Assembly (NCBI GenBank): GCA_002328185.1
Contig: DCWQ01000029.1
Location: 69,951 to 133,950 of the forward strand
Source: Dehalococcoidia bacterium UBA2158
Lineage (GTDB): Bacteria; Chloroflexota; Dehalococcoidia; Lucifugimonadales; UBA3495
Direction of reading: 5' to 3'
Length of the DNA stretch: 64,000 nt
Shown here: piece after piece, positions 18,160-27,885 of the stretch
How positions within the stretch are numbered: the stretch's first letter is position 1
Layout: the number at the start of each line of letters is the position of its first letter
Made by a program: the position numbers and the translations under genes
The notes under the pieces: model-generated
Database searches by the model: none
Told to the model about the DNA's origin: nothing
The model's input: the letters and a program-made list of their open reading frames with translations, nothing else

Positions 18160-19320
18160 CTAAGTATAAGGTTCTAGTTCTACTTCGTGCAGCGCGGGCA
18201 CTACTTCGCTGCCCAAGAGTTCCAAAGACCGCATGACGTCTTTGTGGGGGATATTGCCGTCGCTGCCGATGAGTATTAAGTAGCCAGGGCTCAGCTTCTG
18301 GACGGTGTCCTTGAGCTTGGCTATGACGGTTTCGGGGCTTCCCACCACGATCGCGTTGACATCCTGGAGGTCTTGGTAGGTCATGGGGGGGCCGCCTCCG
18401 CCGCCCAGGCGCCTGGTGGACATCTGGCTGGCAACCCGCGACTGGTAGCCTGGCGGGTCAACGTGCTCCACAGGGCCGCGCATCCGGTGATTCTGGGCCC
18501 ACAGGAAGCCCTTGCCGATCTCCAGGGCCTTCTCGTCGGTGTCGGCCACCAGGGCCCGCACCTGGTAACCAAAGTGCTTCGGCCCCGGAGTGAACCCGAC
18601 TTCTTTAGCGGTGTCGATATAGACCTTCTTGAGGTCCTGAGTCAGGCTGATTAGGGCGCCCAGGTTCATGTAGGCGTATTCGTGTTTGGCGGCCCAAACT
18701 ACGCTCTCAGGGCTACTACCACCAGGAAACCAAACCGGAGGATGAGGTTTTTGCACCGGCAACACCCAAGGGTTGACCACTCGATATTGGTAATAATGGC
18801 CCTCAAACCGGAAGGGGCCGGGCTGCGTCCAGCATTTGATTATCAGGTCGTGGGCTTCTTCGAACCGGTCTCGGTTCTCGGTGGGCGAGATACCGGCTTG
18901 CAGCGTTTCCACGGCTCCTCCACGCACGAAACCCGAGATGAGACGGCCCCCGGAATAGCAATCCAGCATGGCCAGTTCCTCGGCCATGCGCACCGGGTCG
19001 TTGATGGGGATGATGTTGCCCAGGATGGCGATGCGCACTTTCTTGGTCAGTTTGCTAATGACGGCGGCGTCGATGTTGGCCGACGGCTTCATGTTCCAAT
19101 AGGCGGCGTGATGCTCGTTGGTCATGATGCCGTCCAAACCGGCTTCATCTGCCAACGCATATTCTTCGTGGTACTGGTTGTAGAGCTCGTGGGCTTTCTG
19201 GGGGTCGAAATAGGAATTGGGAAAGCCCAGGCGGCCGGAGTCGTACTTCTCTAGGTCTGATTCTTTGACGTGGATATAGGGCTGTTGGGTGTGGAAGAAA
19301 ACTTCAACGGAGTCTTTCAT
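18160..19320 (-). CDS. LLM-class flavin-dependent oxidoreductase (luciferase-like monooxygenase)
   Basis: ORF 18160..19347. Motifs include GLDGIMTNEHH.. and RIAILGNIIP, plus a long insertion typical of the larger LLM subgroup. Start is either ATG 19320 or TTG 19347. Confidence 0.8.
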   Translation of the reverse strand: MKDSVEVFFHTQQPYIHVKESDLEKYDSGRLGFPNSYFDPQKAHELYNQYHEEYALADEAGLDGIMTNEHHAAYWNMKPSANIDAAVISKLTKKVRIAILGNIIPINDPVRMAEELAMLDCYSGGRLISGFVRGGAVETLQAGISPTENRDRFEEAHDLIIKCWTQPGPFRFEGHYYQYRVVNPWVLPVQKPHPPVWFPGGSSPESVVWAAKHEYAYMNLGALISLTQDLKKVYIDTAKEVGFTPGPKHFGYQVRALVADTDEKALEIGKGFLWAQNHRMRGPVEHVDPPGYQSRVASQMSTRRLGGGGGPPMTYQDLQDVNAIVVGSPETVIAKLKDTVQKLSPGYLILIGSDGNIPHKDVMRSLELLGSEVVPALHEVELEPYT

Positions 19321-19415
19321 AAAATCACGTCCGGGAAACACGTCCAAGTTTAAGGCGGTTGGGCACGACGGGGCCTAGTATAGCACCTAGTTACGGCGCA
19401 GACGTGGCGGTCGGG

Positions 19416-20174
19416 TTAGGCAATCTCGATCCCTACCGGGCAGTGGTCGGAGCCCATGACATCCGCCAGGATGAACGCCCCGGTGAGTCGGTCGGCAAAA
19501 TCTTGGTCAACGAAGAAATAATCGATACGCCAACCAACGTTGCGGTACCGGGCCCGGGTCATCTGGTCCCAATAGGAATAATTATCCGGGTCCTGGTTGA
19601 AGATCCGGAGGGTGTCTTTATAGCCGTGGCCTAGAAATTTATCTATCCAGGCCCGTTCTTCAGGAAGGAAGCCCGAGACTTTGACGTTCTCTTTGGGCCG
19701 GGCTAGGTCAATTTCTTTGTGGGCGGTATTCACGTCCCCGCAGACGACCACGTGCTTACCGCTCTTTTTGGTCTTCTCGGCGTACTCCAAGAAAGCGTCA
19801 TAGAATTCCATCTTGTACTTGAGACGTTCGGCCGATCTCTTGCCATTGGGAAAGTAGATGTTGAACAAGACGAACTCGCCGAAGTCGGCGATGATTGTGC
19901 GGCCTTCGCTGTCGAACCGATCGCCGAAGCCGTACTGGACGCTCTCGGGGGCCTTCTTGGCGTAGAGACCTACCCCGCTGTAACCCTTCTTATCGGGTGT
20001 GGAGAAGTAGGAAATATATCCGGGGATCGACTTGATTTCTTCGGGAAGTTGTTCTTCGTGGGCCTTGGTCTCTTGGAGGCACATGATGTCAGGGCTTTCG
20101 CCGCCGAACCAGGCCAGAAAACCCTTCTTATGCGCCGCCCGGAGACCGTTTACGTTCCAGGATATAACTCGCAT
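19416..20174 (-). CDS. xth: exodeoxyribonuclease III
   Basis: 252 aa: [13 protein letters not shown]...CLQETK...GDVNTAH..., ending SDHCPV. Confidence 0.93.
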   Translation of the reverse strand: MRVISWNVNGLRAAHKKGFLAWFGGESPDIMCLQETKAHEEQLPEEIKSIPGYISYFSTPDKKGYSGVGLYAKKAPESVQYGFGDRFDSEGRTIIADFGEFVLFNIYFPNGKRSAERLKYKMEFYDAFLEYAEKTKKSGKHVVVCGDVNTAHKEIDLARPKENVKVSGFLPEERAWIDKFLGHGYKDTLRIFNQDPDNYSYWDQMTRARYRNVGWRIDYFFVDQDFADRLTGAFILADVMGSDHCPVGIEIA

Positions 20175-20268
20175 GAGACCAACTCCTTACTTGCACAACC
20201 TAGATAACCCGATTAAGCACCGGCCCGGACCTATTCATAATCTGCTTTGGGACACACCTGATACCCGG

Positions 20269-21321
20269 CTAGTCGAAATGTGGTGATAGTTCTTTGGCGA
20301 CCCGTTCCATGGACTCCATGGTCTTCGAGTGGCCCCAACCGCCGAAACCGAAATATAGGATAACCTCTTCTATCCCGGCTGCCTCGCAATCTTTCAGCAC
20401 ATTGATGCAATCATCGGGGCTGCCGGTGATGATGCTGCGGCCTCCCAGGTCTTCGGTGGTCATGCTCTGCATGCGCTCGACGATGTCCACGAAATAGCGG
20501 ATGTGGGGCGGCGCCGAATCTCGGTCCGCCGGAAATGCCGGCAGGATGCCGTGGAAGTAATGGAGCAATCTTTCCTTGGTCTTTTGCGTCTCTGATTTGT
20601 CGTATGTGACGTTTACAAAATAAGAACACATCGCCTTGCGGCCCACGTGCCCGGTGGTTTCCGATTCCTTCTTGAACTCCGACACGGCGTTCTTCAGGCT
20701 GCCGAACATCATGGCGGCGGCAAAGGGCGCGAAGATGACGTCGAACCCGGCCCGGGCGGCGTAACGCAGGGTGGGCTCACTGAAGCAGGCCACGTAGATC
20801 GGCGGATACGGCTGCTGGACCGGGCGCGGCAGCACCGTGATCTTCGGATACTGATAATGGACGCCCTCATGGAAAGAGGTCTCATGGGTCCAGACCTTCT
20901 TGATGATATCAAGGCCCTCGAAGAAGATCTCCTGGCTTTCGGCGAAGTCCACGCCGAACGCTACGTATTCTCTGGCGTCGTAGCCCCGCCCGACCGAGAG
21001 CTGGGCCCGCCCATTGCTCAGCAGGTCCAAGAGCGCGAACTCCTCGGCCACCCGCAGAGGGTGTTGGACCGGTAGCAGGACGGTCGCTGGGCCTAATTTG
21101 ACTCGCTTAGTGCGTGCCGCGACGTTGGCCAAGAACACCGGCGCCGAGGGCAGGACTCCGAACAGGCCGAAGTGGTGTTCTGGGACCCAGACTGAGTTTA
21201 GCCCGATTTCCTCAGCCTGGAGGCATTGCTCCATGACCTCCTCCAACAACCGGCTGGGGTCTTTGCGGACCGCGCCATACGCGGGAGGGTTGTCGGTCAG
21301 GGTGAAGTAGCCAAGTTTCAT
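20269..21321 (-). CDS. LLM-class flavin-dependent oxidoreductase
   Basis: 350 aa: MKLGYFTL...AEEIGLNSVWVPEHHF...RVKLGPATVLLP. Confidence 0.85.
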   Translation of the reverse strand: MKLGYFTLTDNPPAYGAVRKDPSRLLEEVMEQCLQAEEIGLNSVWVPEHHFGLFGVLPSAPVFLANVAARTKRVKLGPATVLLPVQHPLRVAEEFALLDLLSNGRAQLSVGRGYDAREYVAFGVDFAESQEIFFEGLDIIKKVWTHETSFHEGVHYQYPKITVLPRPVQQPYPPIYVACFSEPTLRYAARAGFDVIFAPFAAAMMFGSLKNAVSEFKKESETTGHVGRKAMCSYFVNVTYDKSETQKTKERLLHYFHGILPAFPADRDSAPPHIRYFVDIVERMQSMTTEDLGGRSIITGSPDDCINVLKDCEAAGIEEVILYFGFGGWGHSKTMESMERVAKELSPHFD

Positions 21322-21440
21322 CTGCGTAATACCCCTCCCAAAGCTGTTTGCCCGATTATATCTGTTGCCGCGTACCAGTCAACCGGTGCCGTGCTATTAT
21401 TGCGCCCTCAACTGGTAGCCTCAACTTAGGACAAGTTCCC

Positions 21441-22892
21441 ATGACCAAGACAGGTCCAGACCACCTGGATAGCCTTCGTGACGGCCGCAGCGTCTACCTG
21501 AACGGCCAACTGGTCGGCGACGTTGTTGACCATCCGGCCTACCGCAATTCCATCAGGTCAACGGCCGCGCTGTACGACTTCCAGGCCGCCCCCGAGAACC
21601 AGGAATTGATGACCTTTGAGTCGCCCACCGGAGCTCGGGTCAACCGCTGCTGGCAGATGCCTGAGTCCTACGAAGAAATGGTGCAGCGCCGCCTGGCTCT
21701 AGAGGCTTGGGCGGAACAGACCAACGGGTTCTTGGGGCGCTCGCCAGACCACGTGGCCTCGTCGCTCTCCGGAATGATGATGCGTTTGGACCTGTTTGAG
21801 GCCCACGGAGAGAAACGGGCCAAGGCATTTTCCGGCTACTTTGAGTACGTCCGGGACAATGACCAGTTCGTTACTTACGTGGTGGTCAGTCCGCAGGCGG
21901 ACCGCTTCAAGGGCGTGGGAGAACAGGCAGACGAATTCTTGACCGCTGGTATCTGCGATGAAGACAGCCAGGGAATCACGGTAAAAGGGGCCAAGATGCT
22001 GGGCACAAGCTGCATCATGGCCAACGAGGTGTTGTTAGGCACCATCCAGCCTATGCATCCAGGAGAGGAGCAGTACGCTTTCTCTGCGTCCATCCCGCTG
22101 GGAGCCAAGGGGGTCAAACTGCTATCTAGAAAGTCCTATGAGTCTTCGGCGGTGTCGGAGTTCGACAATCCGCTGTCGTACCGGTTCGACGAGAACGACG
22201 CTGTGGTCTATTTCGACGAAGTTAAGGTCCCCTGGGAGAGGGTGTTCGTCCACCGTGACCCCGCCATGTGCTGGGCCCAGTACCACGAGACCCCGGCCCA
22301 CGTGTTCCACAACTACCAGGCCCAGGTCCGCCTGATGGTCAAGCTCCGTTTTCTGGTTGGGGTGGCCCGGAGGGTCGCCGAGACAACGAACGTGCTGGCT
22401 TACCCTCAAGTGGTTGAGAGTCTGGGGGCCCTGGCAGGTCAGGCGGGGTTGATCGAGGGGATGGTCCACGGGATGGAGGCCAAGGGCACTTACGTGGGGA
22501 AGTACTACGTCCCCGACCGGCATCTGATGTATGCCTCGCAGGTGCAGGCCCAGCAGATGTATCCGGAGGTGATTCAGGCCATCAGGCAGTTAACGGGAGG
22601 CGGGGTGATCATGTTGCCCTCGTCGTCGGCCGATTTCGCTAACGCGGAGACCGCTGGTTACATCGAGAAAACCCAGCAATCACCGGTTGCAAACTCTAAA
22701 GACCGGGTCAAACTCTTCAAGCTAGCCTGGGACGCCATCGGCTCGGAGTTCGGCTCGCGGCACACCCAATATGAGATGTTTTACTCTGGGGCCCAGTTCG
22801 CAGTCCGGAACCATTCTTACCGGACCTATGACTGGGAGAAGGCCACGAACATGGTGAACCGTTTCATGGACACCTACGACTTGCCTGCGTGA
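21441..22892 (+). CDS. 4-hydroxyphenylacetate 3-monooxygenase oxygenase-component family (HpaB-like)
   Basis: ORF 21348..22892. Start placed at ATG 21441 (MTKTGPDHLDSLRDGRSVYLNG.., the typical HpaB N-terminus). Confidence 0.85.
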   Translation: MTKTGPDHLDSLRDGRSVYLNGQLVGDVVDHPAYRNSIRSTAALYDFQAAPENQELMTFESPTGARVNRCWQMPESYEEMVQRRLALEAWAEQTNGFLGRSPDHVASSLSGMMMRLDLFEAHGEKRAKAFSGYFEYVRDNDQFVTYVVVSPQADRFKGVGEQADEFLTAGICDEDSQGITVKGAKMLGTSCIMANEVLLGTIQPMHPGEEQYAFSASIPLGAKGVKLLSRKSYESSAVSEFDNPLSYRFDENDAVVYFDEVKVPWERVFVHRDPAMCWAQYHETPAHVFHNYQAQVRLMVKLRFLVGVARRVAETTNVLAYPQVVESLGALAGQAGLIEGMVHGMEAKGTYVGKYYVPDRHLMYASQVQAQQMYPEVIQAIRQLTGGGVIMLPSSSADFANAETAGYIEKTQQSPVANSKDRVKLFKLAWDAIGSEFGSRHTQYEMFYSGAQFAVRNHSYRTYDWEKATNMVNRFMDTYDLPA

Positions 22893-22933
22893 TTGCCAGA
22901 TCCACCGCTAAAGCCTCTCCACTAGGACTTTGA

Positions 22934-23311
22934 TTTAACCGGCACGATCGGAGACGAAAATACTTTGCCAGAGAAGGGCATGCTCGTGTTCCTCAGAAGC
23001 ACATAGCAGACGGATTTAAGTTGGGGCAATGGGTTAGCAACCAGCGGGCAAGGACATCTGGATTATCGGACCAGCAAATAGAAAGATTAGAAACCGTCCG
23101 ATGGGTATGGAACGGTAGAGATGCCCTTTGGGAAGATTGTTTTGAAGTGCTAAAAAGGTACGTTGCTAGAGAAGGCCGTTGTAAGGTTCCGTATGACCAC
23201 CGAGAGGATGGCATCGGGCTCGGTACATGGGTTCGTCATCAAAAGCGTGATGACCGGATTAATTCTCCTGAGCGTATTGCTAAGTTAAAGAGATTGCCTG
23301 GCTGGGAATAG
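22934..23311 (+). pseudogene. helicase-associated (HA) domain repeats, N-terminally truncated remnant
   Basis: The frame is open from the stop at 22931 with no ATG. It reads ...YFAREGHARVPQKHIADGFKLGQWVSNQRA...LETVRWVWN then WEDCFEVLKRYVAREGRCKVPYDHREDGIGLGTWVRHQKR...LKRLPGWE, that is, two HA repeats and no helicase core. The local sequence is AT-richer. Confidence 0.55.
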
Positions 23312-23513
23312 GCTACCACCAGCCAAGTAACCAAGTGAAGTATGGCCACTGTTAACGACGCTGGCTCCGTGCTTGAGAAGATTGATGGGGCAACCGAGGC
23401 GGGGAAGAATAACATGCATTATCCTTCCTAGGAGAATCTTTGGCAGGCACTAAATCATTGGCCGTGGCCACGGGGGTGGCGCCGAATACGGTCAACTTCT
23501 GGGCCGCCTCTAC

Positions 23514-24587
23514 CTAGAAATACCGGCGCTGGAAAAACAGGGCAACGTTTACCAGTCCGATGAGGACGGGCACCTCGACCAAGGGGCCCACCACTGCCGC
23601 CAATGCCTGGCCGGAGCCGATGCCGAAAACGCCGACAGCCACCGCGATGGCCAGCTCAAAGTTGTTGCTGGCTGCTGTGAGCGCCACGGCGGTCGTCTTT
23701 GAGTAGTCAACCCCCATCCTCTTGCCCATGTAGAAAGAGATCAAGAACATGAGCACGAAGTAGATCGACAGGGGAATGGCTATTCGCACCACATCCAGCG
23801 GGATATCCACGATGACCGCGCCCTTCAGCGAGAACATCACCAAGATCGTGAATAGCAAGGCCAGCAGGGTTATTGGGCTGATCTTGGGGATAAAAACCTG
23901 CTCGAACCAAATCCTGCTCATCGTGCGCAGCAGCACGTACCGGGTGATCATCCCGGAAAAGAAGGGTATTCCGAGGTAGATGGCCACGCTTTTGACTATC
24001 TGGGCGATTCCTATGTCCACCTTCAACCCTTCCAGTCCGAACCAGGTGGGAAGAATGGTGATGAATATGTAGGCGTAGAGAGAGTAGAACAGTATCTGGA
24101 AGATGGAATTGAGCGCCACCAGCCCGGCGGCGTATTGGCTATCGCCGTTGGCCAGTTCGTTCCAGATGATCACCATAGCGATGCACCGGGCCGTCCCGAT
24201 GAGGATGACCCCTGCCATGAATTCCGGGTAACCCTTCAAGAACACAATGGCCAGCAAGAACATCAGCACCGGGCCGATGGCCCAGTTCTGCACCAGCGAA
24301 AGGGCCAGGATGCGCCAGTTGCGGAAAACCTCGCCCAATTCTTCATACCGCACCTTAGTCAGGGGCGGGTACATCATGAGTATCAAGCCAGCAGCGATCG
24401 GGATGGATGTGGATTCGACCGATAGAGAATCGGTGAAATCCGAGATTCCAGGCCAATAATGCCCGGCTCCCACCCCGATGGCCATCGCCAAGAAGATCCA
24501 GACCGTCAAATAACGGTCGAGTAGATTCAGCCGGCCGAAGCTGATCCTGGACGGACCGGAGAAGCCCGGAGCTTGAGAACTACTCAT
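23514..24587 (-). CDS. acr3: ACR3-family arsenite efflux permease
   Basis: 357 aa: [24 protein letters not shown]..., about 10 TM segments, ARCIAMV segment. Confidence 0.85.
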   Translation of the reverse strand: MSSSQAPGFSGPSRISFGRLNLLDRYLTVWIFLAMAIGVGAGHYWPGISDFTDSLSVESTSIPIAAGLILMMYPPLTKVRYEELGEVFRNWRILALSLVQNWAIGPVLMFLLAIVFLKGYPEFMAGVILIGTARCIAMVIIWNELANGDSQYAAGLVALNSIFQILFYSLYAYIFITILPTWFGLEGLKVDIGIAQIVKSVAIYLGIPFFSGMITRYVLLRTMSRIWFEQVFIPKISPITLLALLFTILVMFSLKGAVIVDIPLDVVRIAIPLSIYFVLMFLISFYMGKRMGVDYSKTTAVALTAASNNFELAIAVAVGVFGIGSGQALAAVVGPLVEVPVLIGLVNVALFFQRRYF

Positions 24588-24627
24588 TGGGAGCCTTTCG
24601 TGTCACGGTCATACGAACTCTCGTCGA

Positions 24628-25113
24628 TCAGTTGGCCGGAGGGCCTTCATCAAACTGGACCAATATGCCGTCCGGGTCGTAGACGAAGATGGTCCGGACA
24701 TTGCCAGAGGCGCTGGTAAAGTCCTCCATGGTCCCGGCCAGGGGAACCCCCTTGGCGATCAACTCTTCGGCGTGGGCCTTTACGTTTTCGACCTCGAAAG
24801 AGAGATGGCTGATGCCCTTCTGGTCCAATTTGATGGGCTCGCCGCCTACCTCATCTCCCGGATGGGAAGTCAGCACCAAGAACGGTTGAGGACTCGCTGG
24901 GTCGTCGAAATAGATGTTTGCCACTGTCCTGGCCTTTCGGGGACACTGGTACATTTCCGCCGACTCCGCTCCGGGACGCCGCTCCATCTCCTGGGTGGTG
25001 TGCAACTTCACGGTCAGTCCCAGAATGTCCCGGTAAAACTCTAGGGATTTATCCAGGTCGGCAACGCAGATCGCTATGTGTGATACGCCTCTTGCTTTCA
25101 ATTCAGACTCCAT
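24628..25113 (-). CDS. VOC (glyoxalase/dioxygenase) family protein
   Basis: C-terminal 161 codons of track ORF 24628..25626: MESELKARGVSHIAICVADLDKSLEFYRDILGL...GISHLSFEV...DPDGILVQF. The longer N-terminal extension overlaps the divergent CoA-transferase start and is rejected. Confidence 0.75.
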   Translation of the reverse strand: MESELKARGVSHIAICVADLDKSLEFYRDILGLTVKLHTTQEMERRPGAESAEMYQCPRKARTVANIYFDDPASPQPFLVLTSHPGDEVGGEPIKLDQKGISHLSFEVENVKAHAEELIAKGVPLAGTMEDFTSASGNVRTIFVYDPDGILVQFDEGPPAN

Positions 25114-25246
25114 ATAGTTGTTGTGTGGAAGGGAATGCCGCACATCCTGGCTGGCTGACGGGGCAACGTCAAAGACGGCGTAGCTGCGTCCGCAGTGTAG
25201 AATGCTGGCAAATATTCTTCCCGCATGGGGAGAACGAGGTGTTTCG

Positions 25247-26488
25247 ATGACCCAAGCAGGCGATAAGCTGCCTTTGCCTCTGGATGGTATCAGAGTATTG
25301 GACGCCACCCATATAGTGGCAGGGCCATTTTGTTCCATGATCTTGGCTGACATGGGTGCCGATGTCATCAAGATCGAACGGCCTCGCACCGGAGACCTGT
25401 CCCGGGCGCGAGGCCCCTTCATCAAGTCGGACGACGGCCGGGAGACCAGCTCCCGGTTCCTGGGCGTTAACCGCAACAAGAAGAGCGTATCTATCGACCT
25501 GAGGAATTCCAGGTGTAAGACTGCCTTCGAGGAACTGGTCCGCAACTCCGACGTTTTGGTGGACAACTGGGGCTCTGGGGCCTTCCAGCGGCTGGGACTT
25601 GGATACGACCACCTTAGCAAGATCAACCCAGGCCTGGTTTATGCCAGCATTACTGGCTACGGCGATAGTGAAGAGCTAAGCGGACCCTACTCCAATCGCC
25701 CCGCCAACAACCTGGCTATTCAAGCCATGTCCGGCTGGATGGAGATCACCGGCGACCCGGGCGGCTCGCCCCAGAGCGTCGGCGACAACATTGGCGATTC
25801 CATCCCAGGTGTCTGGACGGCGTTGGGCATTGCCTTGGCACTGGAAACCAGGCGCAAGACCGGCCACGGCCAGTACGTGGATATGGCGATGTACGAGTGC
25901 ATGGTCTCCCATATAGAGAGCAATATGAACTCCTACATGGCAACGGGCAGTAATCCCGCCCGCTCTTGGGACCGCTTGGCCACTGCCGGTATAAGGTTCC
26001 GGGCCAAAGACGGCCACGTGGTCCTGGCTGGATTGCGCACGGAAGCTCGAATGCGTGACCTGTGGAAACTGGTGGGACGTGAAGACCTCTTGGAAGGCGA
26101 CACGCGGTACCTGGCGGGGCCGGGGATGGACGGGCAGTTCTACTTGGAGCACATCATCCCTGCCATCGAAAGGTGGTCCTCAGAAATACCCAAATTCGAA
26201 GTGGCGGCCCGGTTGACCGAGATCGGCTTCTCCATGGGCGTAACCCAAACAGTGGCCGACCTGGCTAACTGCCCCCAGTTGGAGGCCCGTCAGATGTGGG
26301 TGGACACTGGAGATACCCTGGGCGGCGTATTCAGGGGCGTGAGAACCCCGGCCCGGCTAACAGCCTGCATAGACTCCCCAGCAGAAGCAGCCCCAAACCT
26401 GGGCCAACACAACGCGGAAATACTCTGCACCCTGGGGGGCATGACTTCGGAAGAAGTGTCAGAATTGACGACGGAAGGGGCGCTTTAG
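25247..26488 (+). CDS. CaiB/BaiF family (type III) CoA-transferase
   Basis: ORF 25202..26488. Start placed at ATG 25247 after GAGG. Motifs: PLDGIRVLDATHIVAGPFCSMILADMGADVIKIERP, NRNKKS, GYGD. Confidence 0.9.
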   Translation: MTQAGDKLPLPLDGIRVLDATHIVAGPFCSMILADMGADVIKIERPRTGDLSRARGPFIKSDDGRETSSRFLGVNRNKKSVSIDLRNSRCKTAFEELVRNSDVLVDNWGSGAFQRLGLGYDHLSKINPGLVYASITGYGDSEELSGPYSNRPANNLAIQAMSGWMEITGDPGGSPQSVGDNIGDSIPGVWTALGIALALETRRKTGHGQYVDMAMYECMVSHIESNMNSYMATGSNPARSWDRLATAGIRFRAKDGHVVLAGLRTEARMRDLWKLVGREDLLEGDTRYLAGPGMDGQFYLEHIIPAIERWSSEIPKFEVAARLTEIGFSMGVTQTVADLANCPQLEARQMWVDTGDTLGGVFRGVRTPARLTACIDSPAEAAPNLGQHNAEILCTLGGMTSEEVSELTTEGAL

Positions 26489-27753
26489 GCAGTCTCTCCC
26501 GGCGGCGCGATGGGACGCCGGATCAAGGGCGAGAAAAATACCGCCGGAACGAGAAGGATTAATCCCAGAGACACGCTCATGGCCACGGCTGCTTGGGCGC
26601 TGAAGAAGTTGGCGACTACTCCCACGGCAAGCCCGCCCACGGCAGCAACTCCTATGCATTGGCCCAGCATGCCTAGGGCGGTCCCACGCATCTCCGGCTC
26701 CGCTGAGATCATGATTATTGTGCTCTGCATGGTGCTGTAACCCGCCGCTCCCAACCCAGCCAACATCAGCATCAGGAAGGACACCGGGTACCAAGGCGAC
26801 AGGGCGAAGAACAACAGGCTTAGCAGTTGCAGACTCAAGCCCAAAGCGAATATGCGCCCGTGGTAACGCACCGCAGCCAGTGACGCAATCACCGTAGCTG
26901 CCGCTAGTGAACCGATGGCCTGGGCCGAGATCAGTATCCCGGTCAGTCCGGCGCCAACTCCCAGGTGGTTCTTGGCCACCACGGGGAACAGCGATTCCAC
27001 GCTGAAGGCCATGGCGTTCATGATCAACGTGATTATTAGCACGCTCCGGATGACATTGTTGTTCACTGAGTATTTGAAGCCTTGGGACACCGTGCTCCAG
27101 AAGGCGTATGGAACCGGTACGCGGATTGGGCCCCGTCCTTTCATCACTAAGATGAGGACGAAAGAGACGGTATAGACGGCCATCAAGACAACGTAGGTGC
27201 CGGAGAAGCCGGTTAACTCGATCAAGAGCCCGGCCATGAACGGCCCGATGAACTTCCCCAGAGTCATGTTGATGGTTTCCAGGGACATGGCGCTGACGAT
27301 GCGTTCGCTGCCCACCAGGTCATAGATCAGCGAACGGCGTGAAGGGAACTCCAGCACGAACAGCCATCCCAGGAAGAAAGAGGCAATGAAGACGTGCCAG
27401 GGCTCGACGGTATCAGCAAGAACCAGCGCCAACAAAGCTGCGGTTGCGGCTACGGCCACGATGCGGGCAGCCATTATGATGGCCCAACGGTTAGCCCTAT
27501 CGGCGATCATGCCCGAGATCAAAGCAAAGGCCAGCATTGGTATCCACCGAAAGACAAAGAGCAGGGCTACCTGGAAAGCGGAGTCGGTGAGGTCCAACAC
27601 GAGCAGGCCCATGACCACCGAGTCCATCCAGCGCCCAGTATTATCCAAGCCGCCGGCGGCCCACATGAGCCGGAAGTCTCTCAGTTGGAGGAGGCCTTTG
27701 ACCCGTTCTGCCCAGGGCCGGTTTGTTTGGGGGGTCGATTGAATATCAGCCAT
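26485..27753 (-). CDS. MFS transporter (paralog of 13500..14807)
   Basis: 422 aa with multiple TM segments and a GMIADRANR loop. It converges on the CoA-transferase gene with a 4-nt overlap. Confidence 0.85.
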   Translation of the reverse strand: MADIQSTPQTNRPWAERVKGLLQLRDFRLMWAAGGLDNTGRWMDSVVMGLLVLDLTDSAFQVALLFVFRWIPMLAFALISGMIADRANRWAIIMAARIVAVAATAALLALVLADTVEPWHVFIASFFLGWLFVLEFPSRRSLIYDLVGSERIVSAMSLETINMTLGKFIGPFMAGLLIELTGFSGTYVVLMAVYTVSFVLILVMKGRGPIRVPVPYAFWSTVSQGFKYSVNNNVIRSVLIITLIMNAMAFSVESLFPVVAKNHLGVGAGLTGILISAQAIGSLAAATVIASLAAVRYHGRIFALGLSLQLLSLLFFALSPWYPVSFLMLMLAGLGAAGYSTMQSTIIMISAEPEMRGTALGMLGQCIGVAAVGGLAVGVVANFFSAQAAVAMSVSLGLILLVPAVFFSPLIRRPIAPPGETA

Positions 27754-27885
27754 CGTCTAGATGGCCTCGGTGTATCGCGTCGTTTGATTCGATCGTGGAA
27801 CTCAAAAGCATCCGGGACCCGGCGGATCTTTGCGGGCCCCAGAGTTGGTTTCTTCAGAATGGTAAAAGTTACTCGGAGCCTAGAC

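Noticed and set aside
24628-25113. The VOC protein next to acr3 as an ArsI-type C-As lyase.
   Set aside because: The vicinal Cys-Cys pair that I recall as characteristic of ArsI is absent. The protein has a single isolated Cys, and there is no other ars gene context.
25114-25626. The N-terminal 171 codons of track ORF 24628..25626.
   Set aside because: They have no VOC-domain similarity and overlap the start of the divergent CoA-transferase gene. The VOC domain starts at MESELKARGVSHIA (ATG 25113).
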